From Tricharina praecox (taxonomy: Eukaryota), in NCBI RefSeq assembly GCF_024521635.1, contig NW_026250409.1, forward strand, positions 1,240,001-1,304,000: 64,000 nucleotides of DNA. Direction: 5' to 3'. Numbering within the stretch: position 1 is the stretch's first letter; every line of letters begins with the position of its first letter. A program made the translations under genes and the position numbers. The notes under the pieces are model-generated. The model saw only the letters and a list, made by a program, of their open reading frames with translations. It made no database searches and was not told the origin of the DNA. Below are positions 1-12,378 of this stretch, piece after piece.

Positions 1-728
1 CTAAAAAGAAATGTCTACACCTCGTACCTTCCATCATCAATCCATATACCACATCCACTTATGACATGCGGGGGGACGAGAACGAGGTAGACGGCAGTGG
101 GGTGGAGCAGGGAGGCGGGAGACGAACAGTGTCTAGTTCGAAGAGTTATACGTTGTTACTCTACGGCAATGTCGGACGATGAATGATGCAGCCGCATGGT
201 TGGGTGGTCAGGTTTTCTGTTTCTCTCGCTTTTCTCTATTCTTCTACTTTTCTCTTTCTCTGCTTCATTTCCCGGTCTTACTAAAAGCCACTTCTTGGTA
301 TTCTTTCGGCTTTCTCTCTTCGGTGTCTCTTCTCTCTTTCGTCTGTATATGGCTTGTAGATCGGGAGATAGAAGCCGTGGTTCACATTTGTTCTCGTTGT
401 CCATTTCCTCCTGGTTATTTTTGGGGAAGAAGCTACCTCGTCGGATGCGGCGATTGTATGTATATAAGTGAGTAGAGATTAGGCCGGGACAGGCAATTGT
501 ACTTGTATATTTCGTATCGAGTCCACATCATCCTGCCTCATCCCGCCCCCTCAGTGACACGGCAACAAACAACCAGGATCACCTTCTGCTAGTTGACACG
601 CTTACACCAATTGGGGTCACTACGTCTCGAGAACCCGAAACACCAAGCAAAGAAAGAGGCCACCTTGTACGGGGACCTGAGCTCTTCTTCTCCACCGACA
701 CACCCCCACCCTCATCGAACCACCGACA

Positions 729-1593
729 ATGGCAGAACTCAACACCCTCGAGCAATGGTACTACGACGTCCCCATCGTCACGCGCGTGTGGACCACCGCC
801 GCCGTTGTCACCTCGGTCCTGGTGCAGTGCCAAGTCGTCACGCCCTTCCAGCTATTCTTCAGCTTCGGGTCGGTCTGGGGGAAACGACAGGTACCTTACC
901 CGCGCCCGCAATTCACTCCTCCTGCGGGACCACTAACATGACATGTGCAGTACTGGCGACTTCTCACGACGTTCCTATACTTCGGCCCGCTGTCGCTCGA
1001 CTTCATGTTCCACCTCTTCTTCATGTCGCGCTACTCGCGCAACCTGGAGGAATCGTCGTTCCGCGGACAGACCGCCGAGTTCGCCTGGCTGCTGTTCTAC
1101 AGCGCCACCTCGCTGATCCTGCTCTCGCCCTTCACCTCCATGCCCTTCCTGGGCTCCCCGCTGTCTTTCAGTCTCGTCTACATCTGGGCCCGCAGGAACC
1201 CCAGCGTCCGGCTTAGCTTTCTGGGCCTCTTCGTTTTCTCCGCCCCGTACCTGCCTTGGGTCCTCCTCGGGTTCAGTCTTCTGCTGAATAACAATCTGCC
1301 GAAAGACGATCTCTTGGGGATCGTGGTGGGACATGGTATGCCTCCGCCCCTCCGCGCCCCTCCCCGCCGTCCCATGGCTGCAGATATACTGATATTCCGC
1401 AGTGTACTACTTCTTCTCCGACATCTACCCTCGTATCCGCAACGGTGCGCGTCCTTTGGACCCGCCAATGTTCTGGCGGCGCCTATTTGCGGGCGGCCGG
1501 GCGGTAGCCATCCCGACGAGGCAACCTGCGGGGGGGGACCATGACCAACACGACGACCAAAACGAGCTGGAACAGGTACTGCGCAATGAGTGA
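729..1593 (+). CDS. DER1: Derlin / Der1-like ERAD membrane protein; exons 729-890, 951-1335, 1403-1593
   Basis: Motifs PIVTRVW, QYWRLLTTFLYFG, SRNLEE, VYIWARRNP, APYLPWV and GIVVGHVYYFF are typical of Derlins. Introns 891-950 and 1336-1402 have GT..AG ends and join the three ORF-track pieces in frame. Confidence 0.93.
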
Positions 1594-2875
1594 AGTGAAG
1601 TAATGCGAACGGAAATGTGGCGCGGTTTTTCATACGATAGTACGATGGAGTTTGGGGGCGTTCTGTACTTCTAATTTTTCACTTTACTTTCCTACTTGAT
1701 TGATTGATTGGTTGATTGATTGATTGCGTGCTGCGCGCTGGAATTTGCGGGCGGCCGGGCTGGTTTGGCTGTGTGTATGATATGATACCTCGGGCTGGAG
1801 GGGTGTAGACGTGTCAGGACAGATCTGAAATTGTGGCGGATAGATTTGCACGGTATTGCCATTGCCTTCATATTACATATCATCTGCTACCTAGGCATTT
1901 ACACCAGTGGAGTGAGTGGGTGTGATCAATGTTCATATGTATTTTCTGCATCTGATGGATATATCATAGATGAATGTATGGATGAATGCCCCTGGAAGGT
2001 GTGGAGTATCTACCCCCAGGACCGCAAACAAACGATCTAATGAACGCACTCAGCCCTGCCAATTTCTGCCAGCGAGTGGATGTGAAAAGCAAAGGCCTAT
2101 ACTGTTGCCCAGGTATGTGTGGGATGTGTGGGATGTGCAAGCCCCATTCACGAGCAATCGGTGGCATCCGCACGTAGACCATCTGTGGGTCGGTCATCTG
2201 TAGTCCTTCTAAAGACCAGCCAAACCATGAGATTCCCTGCCCTGAAGCCTGAAGCCTGAAGACCACTAGCGAGTGCAGTATCGCCATCCGCCCACCACCG
2301 CGCAAAGAGTCGGAGACAACCTTAAGACCACTCACAGATCCGGTTGACCCCTCCTCCCGCGCGATTCGCTCCATTAGCACAGCATTTGCCGGCTCAATTC
2401 CAGCTAATCTATTCCCCCAATCCATCCCAATCAAAAGAACAGGAGGGCACTCACATGCATTTTGTTGTTGGTGGAGAAAATGAAACCAGATCTACGCCCA
2501 GTGTCGGCGGCCTGCTAGCTCTCTCTTTCTTTGGTTGATGATGGGTGGTGGAGGTGAAGGTGGTGGAAAAGGGTCGGAAGATGTCAGTCAACGTCGGTAC
2601 GTATCGAAGATAGGGGAGTGAGGAGTGCGAGGCCACAGATGATGAAGTGAACCCCGAATACTTATCCCGCCTGTCCAAAAAAAGATAACAGAAAACGAAA
2701 AAAAAACACCAGATAAAGAAAAGAAAAAAAAAGATGAACAAAGAAAACAAACGCAACACAATTAACTCCCCCATATCCCGCTCCCGCTTAATCATGAGAA
2801 AGCATGTAAAAAAATGAGAAGGAATCCGGTCAATATACAAACCCATTATCTCCCCCGCTCCATCCGCACAACCTA

Positions 2876-4907
2876 CTAGGCAGGCATCTGGGCTTCTAGT
2901 TCAAAGAACAGCTTCTCCATCCACTTGTCGTTGCCGGCAAGGGATTTATCCAAACCGCGGTCCCCGCGGACCAACAAGTCGGCGCTGTCGGCTTCCGGGA
3001 GGTTCGCCCTCCAACGCTCCTCTGCCTCCTCTTTATCCTCGTCTCCACCCGGCGTTGTTTCCGACCCGCTTTCCGACCCGCTGTCGCACGCACCGACACG
3101 CTCCTCGTCACCAGCGTTCAACAACCGCTCGATCTCACGATCGGCGTCGGCCCGATCGCCACTACTTGCAGGGAGGTCCATACCGCCCTCTGCACTGAAA
3201 GTGCCAAGGTTGGTGGCCCCGAGCAGGGCGTCGTCCATCCACTTCGTGAGATCGTCTGCGCCGCTTCCAGTCTCCGCACCAACCGACTCCCCGGATTCTG
3301 GGAAAATTCCCAGCTCGGCCAGATCATCGTCGTCGAGGAGAGACAGTCCCAGGTCGTAATCGAACTTGGGCTGCTCGATGGGCTGCTCGTGTGCGGTCAC
3401 GGGGGACTGGGGCGTGGTTGGCCCCTCCGCAGGCGGAGTGGTAGGACCAAATAGGCCCTCCGCTGGAGACACCGGGGAGGGGGTACCGAAGTCAACAGGG
3501 TCCAGATTGAAATCCAGGTCCAGGCAGGACGAGTCCCCTGCGGTAGAACTTGGTGTTGGAAGCGACTGAGGCGGCGACTTGGAATACAAGTCATCATCGC
3601 TGGCTGCAATCGGCTTTGGACTCGGTGGTGGGGTATCCTCGATGACGATGGGTCCGTGGACCGAAACAATGACTGGTGGAGGTTGCACCTGTTGTTGCAT
3701 TGGCGGATGTGGTAACTGTTGTTGCTGCTGCACCCAAGGTGGTTGCTGCTGCAAAAGCACCGGCGGCTGGCCCCCTATCGTCGGGTAGCCTTCAAGTCCG
3801 GGCAGTTGTTTCAACATCTGTAGACGCACGAACACTCTCTGGTCCTCTTGGAGACGTCTCCTCTCCTTCACAGTCTCCTGGCGTTTGGCAGTGAGCCCAT
3901 TCGTGCGGTACTTTCCCGGTTGTGTATCGGGGTACACGCAACTTCGTTCGGTCTTTGCGCAATAGTCGCATGTGCTACCCGTCGAACACTTTTTCTTATT
4001 CTTGTGGCAATTCACTATGAGAGTTAATAAAAAGACCATGAATTAAACACGGGGGAAAGAACTTACCACAAGCGATGATTCTCTTACGCTTTTGCCCGGT
4101 AGGTGCAGCCAAGGATCCAGGGAGTGCAGATGGCGGGGTATTGTGGGGGTGCGGACTTGGTGATTGGGAAAGCGAGCCATGGTTTACGCCAGCCATGGTC
4201 GGGCCAGTTGTTCCTCTATTTTCCATCGGGCCGAGAATATTCGTCTGTCCGACGGAGGCGTATCCGTGAGGAGGGGAAGGATACACACTCGGCATAGCAA
4301 GACCATTGGTGGGGGCGCAGGGGGCAGGGTCGGGAAGGTATAGTCCGCTACCATTAGGTCGCACTACCGGACGCCCTTGTGAGCGAGTAGGAATGTCGAC
4401 AGGGCTCGTGTTAAGTATGACATTCGGCACAAGTGACTGAGCTGATCGGACGGGAGGTGTCGAACACGGAGTCGGGAGCGTGAGTCTAGATCCAGAACGG
4501 TCGGAACTAGGTGCAGGATGAGGCTGAGATGGACTGCCGGTAGTAGGTCTCACGGAAGCAATTGGTGCCGCGGAAGCAATTGGTGCCGCGGAGGGCAAGT
4601 AGAGACCTCCGGTACTGAGTTGAACTGCAGGTCGATTCTGTCGAACGGGAACTTTGGCGGTCTGTGCCTGAGCGCGCGTCTGTTGAGAAGTAGGAAGGTA
4701 AAGTCGACTGCTGCTCGGAACCGCAGAGCGAGGCTGTAATGTGGGAGATTTGTGTGTCGGCTGGACCAACGCCGGAGCTGGCGAGGTCGTAGGAGGCCGG
4801 CTATTTGTGATAGACCGTGGCGACGGTAGTATTGGCGACTGGTTCGGAGAAGTAGTCTGGGGAATTGGCGATGGGATTGGTGCCCTCCATGCTGGGGGCT
4901 TCGACAT
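2876..4907 (-). CDS. Zn(II)2Cys6 binuclear-cluster transcription factor-like protein; exons 4907-4067, 4014-2876
   Basis: Splicing intron 4066-4015 (GTAAGT..TTAAC..TAG) gives KRKRIIACVNCHKNKKKCSTGSTCDYCAKTERSCVY, matching C-x2-C-x6-C-x5-C-x2-C-x6-C. It is followed by Q/P-rich and acidic regions. Confidence 0.85.
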
Positions 4908-6581
4908 GATTGTTCTCGTGATGTGGTTCTCTCAGGTTGGGGAGTGTAGCTTAACCGAAAGAAGGGAGAAGGGAAGCAAGAGCCGGACTCAGGGTAGTGA
5001 GCTGTGGTTCGGATCTGTGTTAACGGTGAGGTTGTCGTTCTGTCGTTCTTGAAGGTTGTCTTTCTGTCGTTCTCGGAGGTTGAGAATTTAGTGGTGGAAG
5101 CGAAAAAGTCTCTTGGCAACACTAGTGTCACACCTAGTCTGATAGCGCATGGCGTATGTCCAACCCCACCATCCGTCGATGCCTGTGATACCAGGTATGA
5201 AGCAAGTGTCTAACAACCCGAGGCTTTGATATGAGTTTAGATAGGTTTTTAAGCAATTCGAATGATAGGTAGCGGTTCGAAGTAGAGACGACTGTGATGG
5301 TAGTTTGGCGGTGCCATTCATGACTAAACTACCTAACCAAAAAAGAGGACAAACTGGGTACCTGCCACTCGAGGAGGTGAGGATTAAGGGGTGCCGAGAG
5401 TACATGGCCATTTCGAGTCAACTCCCGACATGGTGACGATGATAAGTTCCGAGTATGCATATTACAGGAAGTACGATAAGAGGAGGGGAAATCCTCGGGT
5501 CTGGTTGACTTCGGTCTAGAGTAGATCGTTGGAGCTATCATCTGCGAACTGCAGGGCACTCCACCGTCTCCGCTGTCAATCATAACTCCACTGGGCCATC
5601 TCATCCTGCTGGTAAACAACAAGCGAATTCCGCACAGCTGTCCAAGTCTATATACCTCAGATCGCTCCTACATTGTTCTTCATCCGGCCACTCACGCCAT
5701 TGGTGATGGTACCGGTATTCGCTCACCGCGTTTGCCGTGCTCCATCATCCGTCGACGCACATTCCACCACACCGTATTCAGAGTACAGCAAGCTCCGGTC
5801 CCGGTTTCGGTCACGGAATATCAACCGCAAGTACTCTACGCGCTCGCGTTCAAATTGCCACATGTTGAGGAATGTGTATGTGAATCACAATATATCACTC
5901 GCTGGTATGCTGTGCGCTTGCCTTGAGGTCGCTGCACGCGTGAATAATGACATCACGGTTCGAGTTCGGTCGGGCGCAGGCGGGGATCCAGGCTACATAT
6001 CTACTTATCTACAGCCAATCTGCATTCAGGCTGCGCTGAGGAATGCCACAGCTCAAGATACCAACTGACTGCCATGGATGGCTGGAAGGGCTTGTATCAT
6101 TATTTTGGTTCCGCAGCATGCATGACGTATCATAGTAGATGCCCGCAAGCCGCGCACGAACGCCGCTTTCCCGCCCGCCGTCTGTTGCCGGTTCGTAAGG
6201 CGGCGACGAATAACGGCGTCCAGCTAGCCATTCCAGCAGTCTCATCACAGTGACACGCTTCGAACCGCCCGCCTGCCGGGCCTCCTTCAACCGCAACTGC
6301 TGCACTCCGCCTGCGTACTCTACATACTCATCCGATCCTCTTGCTTGGCGTGGTAGACGTTGAAAGCGCGAGCGTTGTGTAAAGGGTGTCTTGCCCTCGA
6401 GAACCCAAGTAGGTAGGGGCCCATTCCTCCGTGGAGACCTGAGGTCGCACACGCAGACCATTATTGCGTCACCCTGCGCTTGCCGGTTCGACATTAGCCA
6501 GAACCCGACAATCGCCGCCTGAGAATGTCACTCTAGATCGCACTTCGAACGTAACTGTCAGAGTACCAGGAGCTGCCAATA

Positions 6582-6732
6582 AGTGGTGCCTCACCACCAT
6601 TACGAATTATAAGCACTAGTTTATATTACAACGGCACTGAGCCAGATACGATGAAATGAGTGAGTGGCTGTGATTAAGTTGTATGGGGGAAAACGCTGAA
6701 CTTTATGGGGGAAAAACTGGTGAGGCAGCACT
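6582..6732. mobile_element. Putative MITE / internally deleted Tc1-mariner or pogo-type DNA transposon, 151 bp
   Basis: 15-bp terminal inverted repeats AGTGGTGCCTCACCA (6582-6596) and TGGTGAGGCAGCACT (6718-6732), one mismatch. Flanked by TA on both sides. AT-rich core with TATGGGGGAAAA twice near the right end. Confidence 0.6.
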
Positions 6733-8228
6733 TACCCTTACACCACAGTACACCCTTGTCGTATGTAGAGCTGACCTAAACTCCAGTCTCCGGGAGTGGA
6801 GCAAGATTCCAGGGGGGCTTTTTTGATAGACCCTCAAAATTCCAGGGGCTTTGAGACACGGTCTAAATGCCACGAGCCCTTAGACTGACCGTCAGTCATT
6901 CGTATCTACGATATGTCCAACCATCTACCACGGTATATCTATACCTGAAGTATCCTTCCCGGAATCTCGCCCTCGCGACGATATCCCATAATATACGAGA
7001 CACAACTGCAATATCTAGCGGATAGAATGTTGTTTCTCTAGGAGTCGCTTTTTCACAATTGCGGTGTATATCTGGAACTTTGCAGCATTCCGTACCGGAT
7101 ACTAGATGACTCCCATCCCGCACATCGTTTTCACAAGAAGAATTCTAAGTCAAGAATAACAACTACGGGAACGGTGCGAAATTCGAAGCAACCCACTGGG
7201 CATTGTTTGGGCAAATTCCAGGATGCTCATGGCCGTCCACCGGGTTCAGGCAGAGCCATAGCTGCCGTTGGCGGTGTTCTGCTGGGCCCTGAGCTTGAGT
7301 TCAAGCGGGGTATCTAGGGACTTAACGAGGCCAACCGAATCTACACCAAACTCTCGTTCGAACATGTTGACCCTGCAAACGTCTCACCTGCGACAGACCT
7401 GCGACCGCCGGGCAACGGCAATGGCAATATGCCAAATATATGCCCCCGCGACGTCGGCGGCGACTATCTGCACCCGGCCCTTCGCCCCGGTCACACCGAC
7501 GGTTAATCTTCACTTCCAGCGGTGTTCCTTTGTAGGATTACTAATATGGTCGAGTTTGGAATCCATTGACCCGCCTGAAGGATGTGGGCATTTGTCGATT
7601 ATGGGTCAAAGGAGTCGTTGCGCTGTGGGGTGTCAACGAGAGTTTCTTGGGTGAGGTGCTCGCTGGGTGAGTGCTGAAGCTTTTTTATGCATCTCTATTT
7701 ATGTACCAGGAGATGGTGGAGATCGCCGTGAATCCACGCCTCATACTGTCCCGGTACCGAATCTTCTCGTTCTCTGCTTTGTTAAAGTTTTCCTGTTGTT
7801 TTTTGTATCTGCGGTACGGTAGGGCGGGGGCGTTTAAAGATCAGTATCATATGTAGGTCTACCAGAGTATCCTGTATCGTGTTTTACTGGTGTGGATGCA
7901 GTCTTGACTCACGATACTCGCTCAATCCGATGCGACACAATGATGAGAAGAAACCATAATTACAGTTGAGGCGGATGTAGCTCCGCTGCCGTCCCAGTGG
8001 ATATATATATACACACCGTTGAACTCAGTCTGACAGTTGTGTTTAATGGGTATGAAGTAAGTTTCGGGACTCAATGAAGGACATGCCCGGATAGCTTCCG
8101 GATGTGATGATGTTCCGACTTTATGTAGATTCCCCACGTGAGTACCAATATTAGGTACATACGATACAGAGCACCTAGTAGACAAGCTGTAGATACGAGG
8201 AATGGCCCATCTTAAAGCCCCTATATCC

Positions 8229-8407
8229 AAGTACACAACTACGAGTACATCAAGTTGGTTACTTGCGAAGTACTACAGATATCTACCTGCAAAAGTGCCC
8301 TCTCTACGCAGAGACGCCCTATGCCTAAGTACATACGAGTATCTACATCAAGTGGATACTTGCGTAGTATACTTGCCAAAGTGCCCTCTCCACGCAGAGA
8401 CGCCCTA
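8229..8407. repeat. Degenerate tandem duplication (about 90-nt unit) with a 30-nt near-identical core
   Basis: AAAGTGCCCTCTC(T/C)ACGCAGAGACGCCCTA at 8292-8321 and 8378-8407; the preceding ACGAGTA..CATCAAG..TACTTGCG segment is duplicated too. Confidence 0.8.
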
Positions 8408-9154
8408 GACCAGTGGATATTCTTCTCGACTTCGCACCCCTCGTTCACATCGACATCCTCCGCTCTCTGATTGGCTTTCTATGTGCTAAATACAGTATAC
8501 TAGTAGTGCTATGGACGCTCACCTGCACAGCTCCCCTTCGCAGGGCAAGAACACTACATACAAATGCTACGTGCCACCTTCTCACGCATTCCTTCCTTCA
8601 CTTCTCCCACTCTTCTCTCACGCTTCCTCAACTGGGAACGACTGCCATCCATTCGCACTCACACCACCCGCACATCCACCCCTAACCCACGTCGCTCCCA
8701 AGCCAGCACCACCACAGCGCTACGCAACGCAACGCAGCGCACCAGTGCTCACTCTACCCTACCACACACACCACCCAAAGCATCCTCGCCCCCCAATTCC
8801 CTCCCCTCCCCAGACCGCAACAACAACCATCCCTTCCCTCCCTCTTCTCTTTCTCACCCTCCACCCACAACTCCTTCGCTACCATAACCAACCTACTCCC
8901 CACCCACCCACCACCACCCCTCATGCTTCCTCCTCCACGACTATGAGATTTACCCCACCGCCTTCTACTTCTCGTTCTCCTTTACTGCTACTACTGTAAC
9001 TGCGATCGCATCCGATTCACCGCTTCGAATCTTCCTCTTCGCCTGCCGCTTCTGCTCGTGTATTCTAAACTTCTCGCGATTGTTTTGTCGCTTGTTTCGC
9101 CATCGCTGCTCGGTCGGCTACTCATCCTGTTCGAAATCCACAACAAAACCTGCA

Positions 9155-9250
9155 CCGCAATAACAACCACAACAACAACCCGCCTCCTCGCCGCTTCGAA
9201 GTCGTCATTACACAACAACAATAACAACAACAACAACAACAACAACACGA
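9155..9250 (+). repeat. (AAC)n microsatellite tracts in the probable 5' leader of the downstream gene
   Basis: Runs of CAACAACAA at about 9160-9180 and 9212-9247. Confidence 0.85.
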
Positions 9251-9431
9251 CCCGACGACTCGACATTCCGACCGAACTCAATCTACTTCTTCTTACCGAC
9301 CGCACCATACCCTTTCATCAGCATCTAAGCGCAATCTCGAGCTTGATTTGGGTTTCTTCCGTCTTCTACCATTTTCCTTTTACCGTGCAATCTCCCCGTT
9401 AAAAGATCGACACGGTCGCAACATCACAACG

Positions 9432-10778
9432 ATGACCGCTCCATCCCAGACTACCGTTACTGTTCTGCCCCACCAAAGACCCGGCGGCTTCCACAATAAC
9501 AACAACAACCACCGCCATACCAAGAGCAGTTCCTCGGTCGCCCAATCTCAGAACATCGTTACCCCAAGACAGAAGAGCCAACCTAATATCCACACGGCTC
9601 AACAGATCCAGTCTCCACCACGCTCGTCGGAGATCAGAAACTCGAACAACAACACCCTAAAGACTCCTAGGGGCGACGGAGGATCAACCAAGAAGAAGAG
9701 GAGACAGAGGAAGCCGAAGGACATTGTCAACAAGAGCTCCCCTGAGCAGTCGAATGCGCGCATGTCGACCCAGTCGCATCGTTCCCCCACCATGAACACT
9801 GTGCAGACGACTCCCACCAAAGCTCCCTTGTCGACCCCTCCTAAGGCTTACGCCGGACCGACTTTCCATCACTCTCCCGCGCCTTCCACCTTACCGTTGC
9901 CGAAGTTTTTCTTCTCAAAGTCCGTTCCCTCTGCCAGGACCCAGGGTCTTCAGGCCATGATGGAGGAGGATGACAACAGCAGCACTACGACTGGCTCGCA
10001 GCCTTCATCGCCCCCGGTCGAAGGACCTCTTGAGCAGCTTTTCAGAGCCGATCGTGAGGAGAAGGCTCGCAAGAACCGTTCCTTCAGTGACAACTCCGAC
10101 AGTGATTCGACCCCCGAAATCTTCGGACGTGACATCTTCTCCATGGATCCGGAGTCACCTGTCAGGACTGTCTTCAACACCCCCCGCAGTAGCGTTGTGC
10201 GCCCCACTGCCGGCGAGCGTGCCGTCACCGAGCCGATGTTCACCATGGACTCGTTGAACGCTAACCTTCCGGCTTCTCCCGCTTCTACTGGGCGAAACCT
10301 CGACGAGGCTGAGAGGATTGCCAAGACTGCTGCCTTGCGCCAACTTCTTTTCCAGCAGCCTGGCATCTCTCCTGTCGCCTCGCCTGTGCAGCATCGTGCT
10401 GTACCGGATACTCATTCGACTCCTGTGTCCGCTGCCCGCAACAACGGAAATTTCTACGTGAGCCCCTTCGGTTCTCCGGTTGCGCAGCGCCAGCAATCCC
10501 GCCAATTCGAGTCGATGAAGATGCCCCCTGCCCAGCAGAAGATGAATCAGTACCGCACGGCCCCTGCCTACTCGCAGCCCCTGCCTCAGTACAATGACAT
10601 CCAGACGCCGTATTACAACACTACCACCAACAGCCAGCAGTTCTCGAACGTATTCGACTCGCGCTACGACAGCATGCCCTGCAAGGTTGAGTCGCGCGAT
10701 TACCTCGACATTGAGAATCACCTGCGCCAGGTTCTCAAGCTCGCTCCTCGCAACCCCGTTGGCGGAGTCATGATCTAA
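9432..10778 (+). CDS. Disordered protein with PNRC/Edc1-type decapping-activator motif
   Basis: Intronless S/P/T-rich ORF containing YAGPTFHHSPAPSTLPLPKF, the YAGxxF..SP.PS.LP.P.F PNRC motif. The first in-frame ATG is at 9432. Confidence 0.8.
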   Translation: MTAPSQTTVTVLPHQRPGGFHNNNNNHRHTKSSSSVAQSQNIVTPRQKSQPNIHTAQQIQSPPRSSEIRNSNNNTLKTPRGDGGSTKKKRRQRKPKDIVNKSSPEQSNARMSTQSHRSPTMNTVQTTPTKAPLSTPPKAYAGPTFHHSPAPSTLPLPKFFFSKSVPSARTQGLQAMMEEDDNSSTTTGSQPSSPPVEGPLEQLFRADREEKARKNRSFSDNSDSDSTPEIFGRDIFSMDPESPVRTVFNTPRSSVVRPTAGERAVTEPMFTMDSLNANLPASPASTGRNLDEAERIAKTAALRQLLFQQPGISPVASPVQHRAVPDTHSTPVSAARNNGNFYVSPFGSPVAQRQQSRQFESMKMPPAQQKMNQYRTAPAYSQPLPQYNDIQTPYYNTTTNSQQFSNVFDSRYDSMPCKVESRDYLDIENHLRQVLKLAPRNPVGGVMI

Positions 10779-12293
10779 GATCAATTTCTTTTTTCTTTGC
10801 ATTCCGAAGAGGCTCGGCTTGATTCTGGTACATATCTAGGGAGATTTACATTTGGTGTATTACGGGAATACCACGGTTTTACGTTTCGCATCTCGAATTA
10901 TACCACTTTCATTTTTCCTTTGTTTTCTCATTTTGGTGGGGATACTTCTGCTGTGTTCGCGGTCTTTGTTTCCTTTTCATTTTTCCTTTCATCTGCGTCT
11001 TTCAAGACTCTACCTCTTGGCCTCCGGCGACTGGGTTTTCATCGGGAATATGTGTAATGTTTTGGGCATGTTTCTGTACTTGGATCTCCTAGGTGGGTCG
11101 GATTTCAGTGGGAGTTTTGTCCTTTCATGGCGTTCATCCTGTTTTACTTTCATCTGTTCTTTTTTCTTCTTCTTTTTTTCCTTGTGCTCTATGTGTGTGA
11201 CCGAGGTGAGAGAGAGATCACAGGTACTTATTTTGCTCGATACCTGGGTTGAGGAGGATGGGACGGGGGGTGTTGTGTCTTGATTTTGTATCCGGTGTTT
11301 GGGTTCGTGTCTGTCTTCGTCTTTGTTTGGGTGCGGTCATCTCCCTTACTATATCCTCGGGATTTTTGTTGATGCAACTTTCTGTCTCTTTTTCACCTCA
11401 CCTTTTTAGTGTTCATTTCTCTACCTCTTTTTCTCTCTTCTGTGGTGGAGTTCGTGTATGTGTGGGATGGGTCATTTACTTCTTCTTTCCGTCCTTTCCC
11501 TTTTCCCTTTCCCTTTCTCTACTCTACTATTGACTGATATTGGGGCGTTTTTTTCTTCTTTTCTTTTCTTTTCATTTTAACACGGATGTACAGATTTTCT
11601 GAACAATGGGAGCGGGCGGACGGCGGACGGCGGAGTTTGGGTTGGGCTGTATTCGCTCCCTTTGCGTGGGGCGGCGTGGAGGGGTACTGATCTTTCCTTT
11701 CGACACTTACTATGTTTTCTTTTGTTGGAGGCGTGAACTCTTTTATAGGGGAGTTTGGGATCATGGCGGGAAGGGGGGATCACAGAGGGAGGGGATGGGG
11801 GGATGTGGGGATGGGGATGTTTAGACATTTTCCAGCTTTTACAGTCTCATGTTGGGTACAGGTGGCGGGGTTGGTGGTGGACAGGACAGATCTGGTGGGA
11901 TTGGCGGGAGAATGGGCGGGGAGGCGGGGAAGTGGAGGGGAGGGGACGGGAAGGGGAAGGGGAGTGGGTGGTGGAGGGAGGACGACAGAGCCTGGCGAAG
12001 AAGGCTGGAGACGAGAGGATGGGCGGATGGGCGGATAAAACTAGAAACTGAGATGGTGATGGGAGATGAAATGGAAATAGAGCTCGAAACTCGATTTCGA
12101 GCTGCTTTCTTGAAGTCCAAGTCCACGTTCCTACGTTCGAAATCTTCAAATCTCAGGTTCTTGAATTCCACACGGTTTCCAGCCAGGGTCCAGCTTGGAT
12201 CCAGCTTGTCCTCCAAATCACGTATCTTACGATGGTTCCATTCCATCCCCGACTCCCGAGTGACGCGGATTGAGGGAGTATTGCGAGTATTGC

Positions 12294-12378
12294 GCTGGCA
12301 ACTGGAAACTGGAACTGGCAAATTGGCAAACTGGCAACTGGAAACTGGCACCTGGCACCTGGCACCTGGCACCTGGCG
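12294..12378. repeat. Tandem CTGG(C/A)A(A/C) 6-8-mer array
   Basis: ctggcaactggaaactggaactggcaaattggcaaactggcaactggaaactggcacctggcacctggcacctggcacctggcg. Confidence 0.85.

Noticed and set aside
8292..8407. Two 30-nt direct repeats with a hairpin, superficially CRISPR-like
   Set aside because: Only two copies, the intervening sequence is itself part of the duplication, there are no cas genes, and the context is eukaryotic.
8511..9402. Several 100-160 aa ORFs (poly-N, poly-L, P/T/H-rich)
   Set aside because: Translations of C-rich leader and (AAC)n microsatellite.
10797..11533. F/L/S-rich ORFs resembling membrane proteins
   Set aside because: Artefacts of a T-rich 3' UTR.
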